From contig CAZALK010000007.1 in the NCBI GenBank assembly GCA_964486045.1, positions 1 to 64,000 of the forward strand: 64,000 nt of DNA. Direction: 5' to 3'. Positions within the stretch are counted from its first letter, which is position 1; the number at the start of each line of letters is the position of its first letter. This document shows positions 39,594 through 49,500 of this stretch, piece by piece. Source of the DNA: an uncultured archaeon (GTDB lineage: Archaea > Asgardarchaeota > Lokiarchaeia > Sigyniarchaeales > SOKP01). The translations under genes and the position numbers were made by a program. The notes under the pieces were generated by a model that made no database searches, was not told the DNA's origin, and was given only the letters and a program-made list of their open reading frames with translations.

Positions 39594-41405
39594 TCATTGA
39601 TTAATTTTTAATCTTTGCATGAGATTGTTTTTTATATTTTCAATTTGTTCAAAATCTTCATTTGGAACTGTTCGGCTTATTCGCATTATCCGTGTTATAA
39701 ATTCTGTATCCAAGAGTGATTCAATTAGTTTTCCACGGTTTAGAAGTTTTTTACCTTCATTATATATTAAAAGGATCAATTTCACTAATCCGAGTAGTTT
39801 TTTTGGATCAGTAAAACTGTCGATCTCATCAAAAGCACTCTGAACCAAAAATCCATTTTTAATTATTTTGGCAGTAAAAAGCAGTAGTTGTTGGTCATCA
39901 GGGAGATTTTTTTCACCTAAAAGCTGTGTAATATATTTTAACTCTTGTTCTTGTGAAAGTATTTCGTTTATTTTTTTTCTACACACTGACCAATCAAGAT
40001 CAATCTCAGGCCATTCTATATCTCTTTCACTCCACCAATCTTTGAGAGATCCTGGATAGTTAGAATAAGAATTAAGCCAACTGATAGCAGGATAATGTTT
40101 TAAATAAGCTAAATTAGAATCTAAAGCCCAAAATACCTGAACAACGCGTTTTGTTGTTGCAGTAACTGGTTCACTAAAATCTCCTGCAGGAGGGGATATT
40201 GAACCAACAATAGTTAAAGAACCCGTTCGAATTTTTCCTAAATTATCACTTCCAAGTGGTTCTACCACACCAGCCCTTTCATAGAAACTAGATAATTTTG
40301 AAGGTAAATATGCGGGATATCCTTCCTCTGCGGGCATTTCCTCCAACAGCCCAGATATTTCTCTCAAGGATTCTGCCCACCTAGAAGTGCTATCTGCTAA
40401 AACAGTGACATCATAACCCATATCTCGATAATATTCAGCTATAGTAACTCCTGAAAACAAGCTTGCCTCTCTAGCAGATACGGGCATATTAGATGTGTTT
40501 GCGATTACAACGATATGATCTAATAAAGGTCGTCCATTTTTACGATTTTTTATTTCCGTAAATTGTTTTAATATATTTGCAACCTCGGACCCCGGCTCGC
40601 CGCAACAGATATACACAATAATATCGGCATCACAAAATTTTGCTAGAGATTGTTGTATAATTGTTTTTCCAGTTCCAAAACCACCAGGAATTGCAATAGT
40701 TCCTCCCCGAGCTATAGGAAATAATAAATCTATAACACGTATACCTGTGATCAACGGTTTTTCTGGATTTTTCTTCTTACCAAAAGGTCTGCTCTTAGTG
40801 ATTGGCCATTTTTGTAACATCGAGAAGGGTTTTTCACTCCCATTCGTTGATAAGGTATAAACTTCCTCTATAATAGTATAATCTCCTTCGGGAGCAATTT
40901 TTGATATTTTTCCTGATGCTTTAGGGGGTACCATAATTTTATGTTCTAAGGACAATGTTTCTTGAACAGTTCCAATTATATCACCACCACTTACATCATC
41001 GTGAAGTTTTCTTAAAGGAATAAAATGCCATTTTTTAATTCTTGATAAAGGTTCAATTTCAACACCTCGTTCTAACCCACCGGATGTGAACTTCTGAAAA
41101 ACTTTTTCTAAGGGTCGTTGAATTCCATCAAATACATTAGAAAGTAACCCAGGACCTAATTCCATTGAAAGGGGTTCATTTAAACTTATAACCTCTCCAT
41201 ATAATCTTAGATTTTTGGTATCTTCAAAGCATTGAGCGACGATATAATCAGAATATATTTGGATAACTTCTCCTAAAATTTTAAAATCAGATATCTTTAT
41301 TAAATCGTGAAGGTGGACAAAATTTTCTAAACCTTTTATTTTGACTAGAGATCCAACAATCTCAGTTATGTATCCACGTTCAACCTCTCTCGTTGATTCT
41401 ATCAT
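39594..41405 (-). CDS. atpA: A/V-type ATPase subunit A, second divergent copy
   Basis: PGGFGTGKT Walker A, ANTSNMPVSARE, DSTSRWAE, EEGYPAYL. The catalytic loop reads GEPGSE instead of GERGNE. Confidence 0.9.
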   Translation of the reverse strand: MIESTREVERGYITEIVGSLVKIKGLENFVHLHDLIKISDFKILGEVIQIYSDYIVAQCFEDTKNLRLYGEVISLNEPLSMELGPGLLSNVFDGIQRPLEKVFQKFTSGGLERGVEIEPLSRIKKWHFIPLRKLHDDVSGGDIIGTVQETLSLEHKIMVPPKASGKISKIAPEGDYTIIEEVYTLSTNGSEKPFSMLQKWPITKSRPFGKKKNPEKPLITGIRVIDLLFPIARGGTIAIPGGFGTGKTIIQQSLAKFCDADIIVYICCGEPGSEVANILKQFTEIKNRKNGRPLLDHIVVIANTSNMPVSAREASLFSGVTIAEYYRDMGYDVTVLADSTSRWAESLREISGLLEEMPAEEGYPAYLPSKLSSFYERAGVVEPLGSDNLGKIRTGSLTIVGSISPPAGDFSEPVTATTKRVVQVFWALDSNLAYLKHYPAISWLNSYSNYPGSLKDWWSERDIEWPEIDLDWSVCRKKINEILSQEQELKYITQLLGEKNLPDDQQLLLFTAKIIKNGFLVQSAFDEIDSFTDPKKLLGLVKLILLIYNEGKKLLNRGKLIESLLDTEFITRIMRISRTVPNEDFEQIENIKNNLMQRLKINQ

Positions 41406-41441
41406 TAATCTTTCAACTATTGTTTTTATTTCATTTCCATA

Positions 41442-41879
41442 TTATTTCATAGCTTGCTTACCACAAAAAAGACACTTTTTTACAAATTTGGGCATTATAT
41501 TTCCACAGTTTTCACATTTACCTATTAGTGGTGTAGAATAATTAAAATCAAGGCTTATGTGCTTAAAAACTTTTGGTTGGGGCTGTCTTGGTTCTTTTAT
41601 TTTAAATTTATCTTTTCTCCTTTGAGTATTAAGAGCTATCCTTTTCTTTTTATCTGGAAACATCCTAGAATAAAGAGATTTTTTACGGTGTTTTAAAAAG
41701 GGACCCGCAGATATTAAAAATAGAAACACAAGTATAATTATTACAACAAAAGGATTTACATCAAATCTATTTATTATTGTAAAAATAATTATAAAAGCAG
41801 ATAAGTAAATAATTAAAATAATAAATTTGAATATAATCCTTTTAGGAGTTGGTTCTTTAGGTTCATTATCATTAGTCAT
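41442..41879 (-). CDS. Small membrane protein with C-terminal zinc ribbon
   Basis: Two N-terminal TM helices; CENCG...KKCLFCG. Confidence 0.75.
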   Translation of the reverse strand: MTNDNEPKEPTPKRIIFKFIILIIYLSAFIIIFTIINRFDVNPFVVIIILVFLFLISAGPFLKHRKKSLYSRMFPDKKKRIALNTQRRKDKFKIKEPRQPQPKVFKHISLDFNYSTPLIGKCENCGNIMPKFVKKCLFCGKQAMK

Positions 41880-41917
41880 TTATCGAGTTTTATAGCTTTA
41901 ATTTAATTCGAATTATT

Positions 41918-44212
41918 TCATCTATAGGTTTTCGAAATATAGTCAACAGCCTTATTCACATCCTCCTTTCCGGACTTTACCTCAAATTCCTTATCAATTT
42001 CCTCGGAAATAATATCTCTTTCAGCTCCAACTCTAAAGGAAATTGTGGAGTAATCGTCATCTAAATAAAAAGGAAAAAAATCTATGCCAGAACCCTGATA
42101 AAATTTTCCTAAAAACTCATAAAAATGTAACCTCATTGCATTTAAAAAGACTAATAATCCCTCTAACAAAATAACAATCAAGTTCCCAAAAATCGACCCT
42201 ATAAGTTGTACAATCTCTATACCTATTCCTTCTCCTTCAACAATATTGACCATGGCGTTGATAGAGGTCAAGAGAGCAATATGAGCAAGTGCTAGAGCTA
42301 ATAATCTAATATATGAAGCTACATTGCTCATAACGGATAATACTGTATCAAATGCCTCGATTGATCCTTCACCTATTAAACTTCCGATAGATTCTTCTTG
42401 TAGGTATGAAATCTTGAATATTTTTCCTAGAGGTTTTAATAACAATAATAAAAGCCCTGGTATCACCGTTAATAAGATCGGAAAAGGAGGTGCAATCCAT
42501 ACATAAATGTCAAAACCAATTCCTAAAATCAAAACTGCCCCACCAACTAGTAAAAGAATCTTAATGAGAGAATCACTAAATGCTAGATATTTCCTTTTTT
42601 GTTTCCAATAATTCAGGAATTGAACGAACCACCCCAAGCAAATGTGAAAAATACCAATTATTACAGTAAATTTGAATACAGTCATAATTTCATTTAAGGG
42701 ATTAACCCACAATGGTTCAATGTGAAATAATGTAATTCCGAAAAATTCTATCTCCCCATGCAAACCAAAAAACTCTCCGTATAAAAATCCTACTAAGAAA
42801 GCCGCAATGCCGCAATAAAAAATAATCCAACACATATTACGAGTATCTCTGCTTCGCTTCCTTAAAATAATGGTCCCTAATAATCCAGAAATGATGAGGA
42901 CTAAACCATGCCCAATATCGCCAAACATCAAACCAAACAATATTGGAAATGTAATAGCTAAGAACGGTGTAGGATCAATCTCAGAATAGGTTGGGGTTCC
43001 ATACAATTTTAATATTGTTTCAAAAGGTCTAAAGAAAAATGCGTTTTTCATAACGGTCGGAGTTTCATTTCTTAAATCTTCCTCTTCCTCGTGTTCCTCA
43101 GATGATTCATCATTGTCTTTATCTAAAATTTCTCCTTTTTTTATTCCTTTTTTTAATCCTTTTTTTAATCCTTTTTTTAATCCCGATTTTTTTAAATCAG
43201 TTTCATATATGGGTTTATTTTTATGGATATCTAACGTTTCTATTACTATGTTATCTTTGAAATTCGTAAATAGAATTTGCTCAATTTTCTTCTTTTTTGA
43301 TGATGGTACAAAAAAATTAAGTATTAAACGATTGGATAATGTTCTTTCAAATTGATGATCTGCCCAGTTGTATTCCTCAATATTTTGTACGATTTCATTA
43401 ATTCCTGCGAATTTCAGCATATTTATATCTATAATTCTCTGTAGTTCCTTTCGATATCTAGATAATTCTTGTTCTCGAAAAGATAGTTCACCTTCAATTC
43501 GTGTAAAATTGATCCCTTCTTTTGACAAATATCTTCTCATTATTGAGACTTCTTCAGAATGTATTAAGCGGATTCTCCCATTAAACTCATCTTCTTTATC
43601 TTTAGGGTAAAAAATATAAAATCCAATACGATCCTCAGCAACCTCGAATGTTTCATAAAAGTTAGGGAATTCAGAGAAATCAAAAAGATTGGTTAAATTG
43701 TTTAAATTCTTGGAAAACGTTGTAAATACTCTAAAATTAAAGTGATTTAAATTTGAGATATTTTCTCTATTTAGCATTATTTTTTCTAAATATAGGTAAC
43801 TGGTTTTGATAACATGTAGCTTTTCTAAATCAATTAATTCTTTTGAAATGTACCTATTTAATTCAGTAGAGCGATTGGTATAAAACTCAATATCCTCTAA
43901 GATATGGTTAATTAAGTCGTTAATATCGTTTGCGACAAACTCAGCTCTATCTTTTTTATCAACTTTTAAATCTACAAAATCATATGGGTTAATGTTAAGC
44001 TTCTTGAATAAGTCATCCAAATTTTCTCTTAATTTTTTAATTTTTTCTAAAAGTGGCTCTTTTTCCTCAAGGTTTTCTTTAATTTTTGGCTTTTTTTTTT
44101 CCTTGATATGAACAGAATTTATATTTGAGAGCTCAATCAATAGTTTATCCTTTAGATTATTACTTATCTCTGCTTTCATTAAAGTAAATATTTTTTCACT
44201 ACTTTTTCCCAA
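41918..44212 (-). CDS. atpI: A/V-type ATPase subunit I (a)
   Basis: YG.P.Y.EIDPT, FGLMFGDIGHG, SYIRLLALALAH, RLHFYEF..KFY.G.G. Confidence 0.95.
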   Translation of the reverse strand: MGKSSEKIFTLMKAEISNNLKDKLLIELSNINSVHIKEKKKPKIKENLEEKEPLLEKIKKLRENLDDLFKKLNINPYDFVDLKVDKKDRAEFVANDINDLINHILEDIEFYTNRSTELNRYISKELIDLEKLHVIKTSYLYLEKIMLNRENISNLNHFNFRVFTTFSKNLNNLTNLFDFSEFPNFYETFEVAEDRIGFYIFYPKDKEDEFNGRIRLIHSEEVSIMRRYLSKEGINFTRIEGELSFREQELSRYRKELQRIIDINMLKFAGINEIVQNIEEYNWADHQFERTLSNRLILNFFVPSSKKKKIEQILFTNFKDNIVIETLDIHKNKPIYETDLKKSGLKKGLKKGLKKGIKKGEILDKDNDESSEEHEEEEDLRNETPTVMKNAFFFRPFETILKLYGTPTYSEIDPTPFLAITFPILFGLMFGDIGHGLVLIISGLLGTIILRKRSRDTRNMCWIIFYCGIAAFLVGFLYGEFFGLHGEIEFFGITLFHIEPLWVNPLNEIMTVFKFTVIIGIFHICLGWFVQFLNYWKQKRKYLAFSDSLIKILLLVGGAVLILGIGFDIYVWIAPPFPILLTVIPGLLLLLLKPLGKIFKISYLQEESIGSLIGEGSIEAFDTVLSVMSNVASYIRLLALALAHIALLTSINAMVNIVEGEGIGIEIVQLIGSIFGNLIVILLEGLLVFLNAMRLHFYEFLGKFYQGSGIDFFPFYLDDDYSTISFRVGAERDIISEEIDKEFEVKSGKEDVNKAVDYISKTYR
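43133..43180 (-). repeat. 4 x 12-nt tandem repeat (plus strand TCCTTTTTTTAA/T) encoding (L/I)KKG repeats in atpI
   Basis: Directly visible; protein GLKKGLKKGLKKGIKKG. Confidence 0.9.
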
Positions 44213-44260
44213 TATAATAGCCTCTTATTGTAAGTGTTTACTATCTAATTTCTAATATTA

Positions 44261-44899
44261 TTATTTATGTTCGATTATTATATCTTTAATCTTTTTTAAG
44301 CGAACAAAGTTTTCTCGGTCCACTTCTTCAAGTATTGCCTTTATGTGTTTGACGTTTAACTTCAATCTAGGTATGATTACATTTTTCAATCCACTTATCC
44401 TCCTGTTAATTTTCTTAAAGTTAAGAGCATGCTTCAACATTAAGTCTTCGATTTCAGAGAAATGGAAAAGATTAATGAAGAGATCTTTTAACATCCTATT
44501 TAAATCATCAACATAATGACTGGTATTTTCGAAAGTATAAGCGGGAAGTTTTTCTTCTTGCTTAAGTTCGTATGTTATTTCTGGTACAACAATCCCGATT
44601 TTCTTTACATATTGAATATTTATGGTTGGCGTAAATTGTAATTTACTTAATTTACTTATTAAAGTTAAATTTCTTTTACCCATTTCTTTATAGGTTTGAT
44701 ATAATTTTTTTAAAGCTTCTGTGTAAACTTTGATGAATTCTTTTCTATAACCTAAATAATCTTTATATAACTTTTTAATCTGAAATATTAATTGTTCTCT
44801 TTTGAATTCTAAAAAATTTTCCCCTTTTTCAGCGAAAACCAATCTTTTTCGCAATGTCATTAAATTTGTTTTAGTTGGCTTAATATCTCTGAAACTTAT
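44261..44899 (-). CDS. atpD: A/V-type ATPase subunit D
   Basis: IKPTKTNL..L..RL..A..G...LE.KRE.L; RR...L..V.IP.L; LEE..RE.F.RLK. Probable ATA start at 44899. Confidence 0.92.
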   Translation of the reverse strand: MSFRDIKPTKTNLMTLRKRLVFAEKGENFLEFKREQLIFQIKKLYKDYLGYRKEFIKVYTEALKKLYQTYKEMGKRNLTLISKLSKLQFTPTINIQYVKKIGIVVPEITYELKQEEKLPAYTFENTSHYVDDLNRMLKDLFINLFHFSEIEDLMLKHALNFKKINRRISGLKNVIIPRLKLNVKHIKAILEEVDRENFVRLKKIKDIIIEHK

Positions 44900-44902
44900 A
44901 TC

Positions 44903-46294
44903 TTACACCTTTGAATGATAATGTTTATCGATATAATACTGATGAATTCGAAGTAATTGATTTTTATTTAAGTTAGAGAGTACGTCCCAAGCAAGATTCA
45001 ATGTACTGTTAAAATCTCTATTTTCGTTTGATTTTTGATCCATGAATTTTTGTTCAAAATCATTACTAAATTTTAGTAACTTTCTTTGATCAAAATTAAG
45101 ACCATCCTCTCCTACGATTGAAATAAGGTCTCTCACTTCAAGAGAGTTAGAATATGAAGCTAATAATTGGGAACTCACATCAGCATGATCCTCGCGAGTA
45201 TTTTCTTTTCCAATTGCATCTTTCATTAATCGTGAAATAGAAGCTAAAACCTCAAACGGTGGGTATACTCCTTTCTTATGTAAATTACGACTTAGAACTA
45301 GCTGCCCTTCTGTAATGTAGCCAGAGGTGTCTGGAATAGGGTGAGAAATATCATCGTTGGGCATCGTGAGAATCGGGATTTGAGTTATCGACCCTTTCTT
45401 CCCTTTAATTTTTCCTGTACGCTCGTAAATTGAAGCAAAATCAGAATATAGATAACCGGGATATCCTTTCCTACTAGGAATTTCTTCTTTCGCTGAACTC
45501 AATTCTCTTAGAGCTTCCGCATAATTAGTCATATCAATTAAAATCACAAGTACGTGCATGCCTTTCTCAAAAGCAAAATATTCTGCAGTGGTTAGTGCCA
45601 CCCTTGGAATTATTATCCGTTCTATAATTGGATCATCGGCGAAATTTATGAAAGAAATGATATTTTGGAGGTTCCCACTCTCTTGAAAACGATTCATGAA
45701 ATAAATTGCTTCATCTTGAATAATCCCAATCCCACAAAAAATGATCGCAAAAGGTTCTTCCGACATAACCTTAGCTTGAGTAACAATTTGAGCAGCAAGT
45801 TTGTTATGGGGCATCCCTTGTCCGCTGAAGATTGGGAGTTTTTGGCCTCTAATCAATGTAAACAAACCGTCAATTACAGAAATCCCCGTTTGGATTACAT
45901 CAACAGGATACTCTCGTGCAAAGGGATTAATTGGCACTCCATTTATGTCTCTCTGAACATCAGTTAAAATTTCAGAGTTAGATATTGCTTTAGTCTTAAT
46001 ATCAATTGGTTTTCCCATTGAGTTAAAAGTTTGCCCAAACATATCTTTTGAAATTTTTACATTGAAAGTTTCATCAGTAAATGTAATTTCAGCATTTTCA
46101 GAAGAGATTCCAGTTGTGTCTTCAAAAACTTCAACCACTATTACATCTTCAGTCATTTTTATGACTTGTCCAGTCCGATTTTGGCCATCGGTCGTTTTAA
46201 TTTGGACAATTTCCCCATATTGAACATCATGTAAATTTTCTAAAAATAATAACGGTCCAATAATTTGGTTAATTTTATTATATATTACGCTCAT
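44903..46294 (-). CDS. atpB: A/V-type ATPase subunit B
   Basis: RGQKLPIFS, DMTNYAEALRE, GYPGYLYSD, HPIPD.SGYITEGQ. Confidence 0.96.
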   Translation of the reverse strand: MSVIYNKINQIIGPLLFLENLHDVQYGEIVQIKTTDGQNRTGQVIKMTEDVIVVEVFEDTTGISSENAEITFTDETFNVKISKDMFGQTFNSMGKPIDIKTKAISNSEILTDVQRDINGVPINPFAREYPVDVIQTGISVIDGLFTLIRGQKLPIFSGQGMPHNKLAAQIVTQAKVMSEEPFAIIFCGIGIIQDEAIYFMNRFQESGNLQNIISFINFADDPIIERIIIPRVALTTAEYFAFEKGMHVLVILIDMTNYAEALRELSSAKEEIPSRKGYPGYLYSDFASIYERTGKIKGKKGSITQIPILTMPNDDISHPIPDTSGYITEGQLVLSRNLHKKGVYPPFEVLASISRLMKDAIGKENTREDHADVSSQLLASYSNSLEVRDLISIVGEDGLNFDQRKLLKFSNDFEQKFMDQKSNENRDFNSTLNLAWDVLSNLNKNQLLRIHQYYIDKHYHSKV

Positions 46295-48135
46295 TTTCCT
46301 TTAAAAGCTCCATGTAATAATTTTAAAGTTTCAATTTCATTGAGTAAATTCTTCTTTAAAGTTTCAATTAAATAAAAATCTTCATTTCGAATAACATGAT
46401 TTATTCTTAAAATACCATTAACTATTTCTAAATCTTTGACATCATCCATTAAAAAGCCTTGTTTAAAAAGTTCTTTTCCTTCTTTGAACAACAATAAAAT
46501 AAGTTTAATTATACCTAATAATTTTTTAGTATCTGTATAATTATCAATATCATCAAAAGCGCTTTGTATTAGAAAACCATTTTTAATCAACTTTGCTATA
46601 AATAAAATTAATTGTTGTTCGTCTGGTAAATTTTCTTCCCCAATTAACTGAGTAATATAGTGTAATTCATGATCATAAGATAAGATTTCATTTACTTGCT
46701 TTCTACACCGAGACCAGTCAAGATCTATTTCAGGCCAATCAAAATTTCTCTCAAGCCACCATTCTGTAATGTATTCTGGATAATTGGAATATGAGTTAAG
46801 CCAGTTTATTGCTGGATAGTGCTTCGAATATGCCAAGTTTGAATCCAGAGCCCAAATTCCTTGAACAAAATTTTTGGTTGTGGCTGTCACAGGTTCGCTA
46901 AAATCTCCAGCGGGCGGAGATATTGAACCAATTATAGTTAATGACCCTGATTTTTCATTACCTAGCTCGTCAGTTCCAAGTAATTTAACCACACCAGCTC
47001 TTTCATAAAAACTCGAGAGTTTAGAGGGTAAATAAGCAGGATACCCTTCTTCTGCTGGCATTTCTTCTAATAATCCGGAAATTTCTCTCAAAGATTCTGC
47101 CCATCTTGAAGTGCTATCTGCCATAACAGCAACATCATATCCCATATCCCTGTAATATTCAGCGATGGTGACTCCTGAAAAAATATTTGCTTCCCGTGCG
47201 GAAACAGGCATATTTGAGGTATTTGCAAAAAGAATGATACGTTCCAGCAATGGACGGCCAGTTTTGGGATCAATAATTTCGGTAAATTGTTTTAAAACGT
47301 CTGCTATTTCATTTCCTCGCTCCCCACACCCAATAAACACGATTACATCAGCGTCGCACCATTTTGCCAAAGATTGCTGAATCACAGTTTTTCCGGTTCC
47401 AAATCCTCCTGGAACACCGCAAGTACCTCCCTTTGTTATGGGAAATAATAAGTCGATGACTCTCATCCCCGTTATTAGTGGTTCATTCGGTAAATATCTC
47501 TCCTTAAATGGTCGAGATTTGGTTATTGGCCATTTTTGTAGCATTGAAAAAGATCTTTTATCATCTCCCACTTTTACTTGATAAATATCATCGATTATTG
47601 TATAATCTCCCTCTTCTACTATATGAATTAATTCTCCTGAAATCCCAGGAGGAATCATAATTTTATGAGAGATAACCTGAGTTTCTTGGATTATTCCAAC
47701 TACATCTCCACTATTTATGGTTACTTTTACCTTTTTTGAGGGAATAAAATGCCATTTTTTTGTTCTTGATAATGATGGTATCTCAAGCCCTCTTTTTAAT
47801 CCACCGTCTTTGAAAATTTCAAAAGCTTCTTGAAGAGGTCTTTGGATTCCATCAAAAATGTTTCCCAATAACCCTGGAGCTAATTCCATTGAAAGTGGTT
47901 CGTTTAATCCTTCTACCTTATCACGAATTCTTAAATTTATAGTATTTTCAAAACATTGAGCAACTACGTGATCGGAATAGATTTGAATGACTTCTCCTAG
48001 GATATTATGATTAATAATTTTAATTAGATTATGTAGTTTTATTGAGTTTTCAATCCCCCTGATATGGATTAAAGATCCGTTGATAGCTGAAATATAACCT
48101 TCCTGCAAGGTTGAATCAGATTTGGATTTGATCAT
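46291..48135 (-). CDS. atpA: A/V-type ATPase catalytic subunit A
   Basis: PGGFGTGKT, GCGERGNE, DSTSRWAE, EEGYPAYL. Confidence 0.96.
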   Translation of the reverse strand: MIKSKSDSTLQEGYISAINGSLIHIRGIENSIKLHNLIKIINHNILGEVIQIYSDHVVAQCFENTINLRIRDKVEGLNEPLSMELAPGLLGNIFDGIQRPLQEAFEIFKDGGLKRGLEIPSLSRTKKWHFIPSKKVKVTINSGDVVGIIQETQVISHKIMIPPGISGELIHIVEEGDYTIIDDIYQVKVGDDKRSFSMLQKWPITKSRPFKERYLPNEPLITGMRVIDLLFPITKGGTCGVPGGFGTGKTVIQQSLAKWCDADVIVFIGCGERGNEIADVLKQFTEIIDPKTGRPLLERIILFANTSNMPVSAREANIFSGVTIAEYYRDMGYDVAVMADSTSRWAESLREISGLLEEMPAEEGYPAYLPSKLSSFYERAGVVKLLGTDELGNEKSGSLTIIGSISPPAGDFSEPVTATTKNFVQGIWALDSNLAYSKHYPAINWLNSYSNYPEYITEWWLERNFDWPEIDLDWSRCRKQVNEILSYDHELHYITQLIGEENLPDEQQLILFIAKLIKNGFLIQSAFDDIDNYTDTKKLLGIIKLILLLFKEGKELFKQGFLMDDVKDLEIVNGILRINHVIRNEDFYLIETLKKNLLNEIETLKLLHGAFKGK

Positions 48136-48793
48136 ATTTTCTTAGAACTTCTGTTATTTTATTTTTCTGAATCTGAATAAAATTATCTAACTTATTTTCT
48201 ATTGATTTCATCTCGATATTGTCAATAATCTTCGAGATTTCCATCTGTATATACACAGAGTTTTTGTCTATTAAATTCTTAATTGTGTAATCATAAGATA
48301 TCAGCCCTCCACTGATCCTAACTTTAAACCCTCCAATAAACTCTTGTTTATCTTCGTGAATTTCGACCGGAACATCAAAAATCTTTTCTAATTTACTATA
48401 ATTCTTCATAAAGTAATCAAAATCTTTAGAATTAAGAAGAAGTTCAATATCTTGATGTCTTTTAATGTTAGGATTGACTTTTTTTGTTAAGTCTATTAAA
48501 TATTTGATATAATTTTCGTAATTTTTTTTTATTTTCTCACTTATCAAAGAATTTAACGTTATTTTTAGATTGCTAATTAATTCATTTTTTGTATTCAAAG
48601 CGATTTCTTTTCCTTTCAACAGGGTAGAAGATAGAGATTGATTTAAATAATTCGTATAGTTTTTTGCGAATCGTTTTCTAATTTTTGAAGACCTTTCTAA
48701 AGTCTTATCAATGTATCTTTTTTTAATTTCAGCTTTTTGAAACAAGGTTTGTTGATTAAGATCTTTAATTTCTTTCTGCGCTTTTTCAATCAT
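48116..48793 (-). CDS. atpE: A/V-type ATPase subunit E
   Basis: N-terminal coiled coil, IGGF....GLISYDYT, operon position. Frame is open upstream to 48841. Confidence 0.85.
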   Translation of the reverse strand: MIEKAQKEIKDLNQQTLFQKAEIKKRYIDKTLERSSKIRKRFAKNYTNYLNQSLSSTLLKGKEIALNTKNELISNLKITLNSLISEKIKKNYENYIKYLIDLTKKVNPNIKRHQDIELLLNSKDFDYFMKNYSKLEKIFDVPVEIHEDKQEFIGGFKVRISGGLISYDYTIKNLIDKNSVYIQMEISKIIDNIEMKSIENKLDNFIQIQKNKITEVLRKYDQIQI

Positions 48794-48857
48794 AAATAAT
48801 CCTAAATTTCCAATTTTCCCTTTCTCTTCAGAAATATTTATTCAACTCACTATTTAT

Positions 48858-49175
48858 TTATATAATATCTGATACTGCGCCTAGAATTTTATTTAAAATT
48901 AAATCCTCTTTGTCTACATCAGTTTTAAATAAATCAGGCATGATGAATATGAATGGTCTTCTATTATTTATCTTAAAATCAATTATATAATTCGAAATAT
49001 CCTTTGGCAATTCAAGAGCGATGAGAATCATTCCGATGGATGGCCTTTTTATTAGATCTCTAAATAATTTTAAAAATTCTTCACTTTTTTCAACTATAAT
49101 GCCTTCTATTCCCAACATTGCGAGCATTAGCACATGCTCTTCGCTCCCTATAATAATTACTTTTTGATCAGCCAC
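48858..49175 (-). CDS. atpF: A/V-type ATPase subunit F
   Basis: KVIIIG......L.MLGI.G, IGMILI, P.I..MPD; 105 aa. Confidence 0.88.
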   Translation of the reverse strand: MADQKVIIIGSEEHVLMLAMLGIEGIIVEKSEEFLKLFRDLIKRPSIGMILIALELPKDISNYIIDFKINNRRPFIFIMPDLFKTDVDKEDLILNKILGAVSDII

Positions 49176-49486
49176 TAAAAATCAGTACCTAATTTACCTA
49201 TTATAAGCTTCTTTAAATCATCAACATTTTCTTGATACGAGCTTTTGATCTCCTTAATCGCGCTTTTCAGTTCCTTTTCAAATGATTTGATGTTAGAACT
49301 AACCTCATCTGAAAGTACAAGGAGAGTGTCATTTACTAGCTTTTTTTTAAGATCAAGCAACTCTCCTAACACCTTTTCTTGTGAATCACGAAATTCTTCA
49401 ATTTCTTTTAGATTTGCTTCTCTTGCTTTATTAATTAAATCGTCATAAACCTTTTCGATGTCCTTTATCCAGTTAAAAATTTCCAT
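49175..49486 (-). CDS. A-type ATPase peripheral stalk subunit H (G-like)
   Basis: 103-aa charged coiled coil (IKDIEK....I.KAREA) inside the operon. Confidence 0.65.
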   Translation of the reverse strand: MEIFNWIKDIEKVYDDLINKAREANLKEIEEFRDSQEKVLGELLDLKKKLVNDTLLVLSDEVSSNIKSFEKELKSAIKEIKSSYQENVDDLKKLIIGKLGTDF

Positions 49487-49500
49487 GATTTCCCTCTTTT

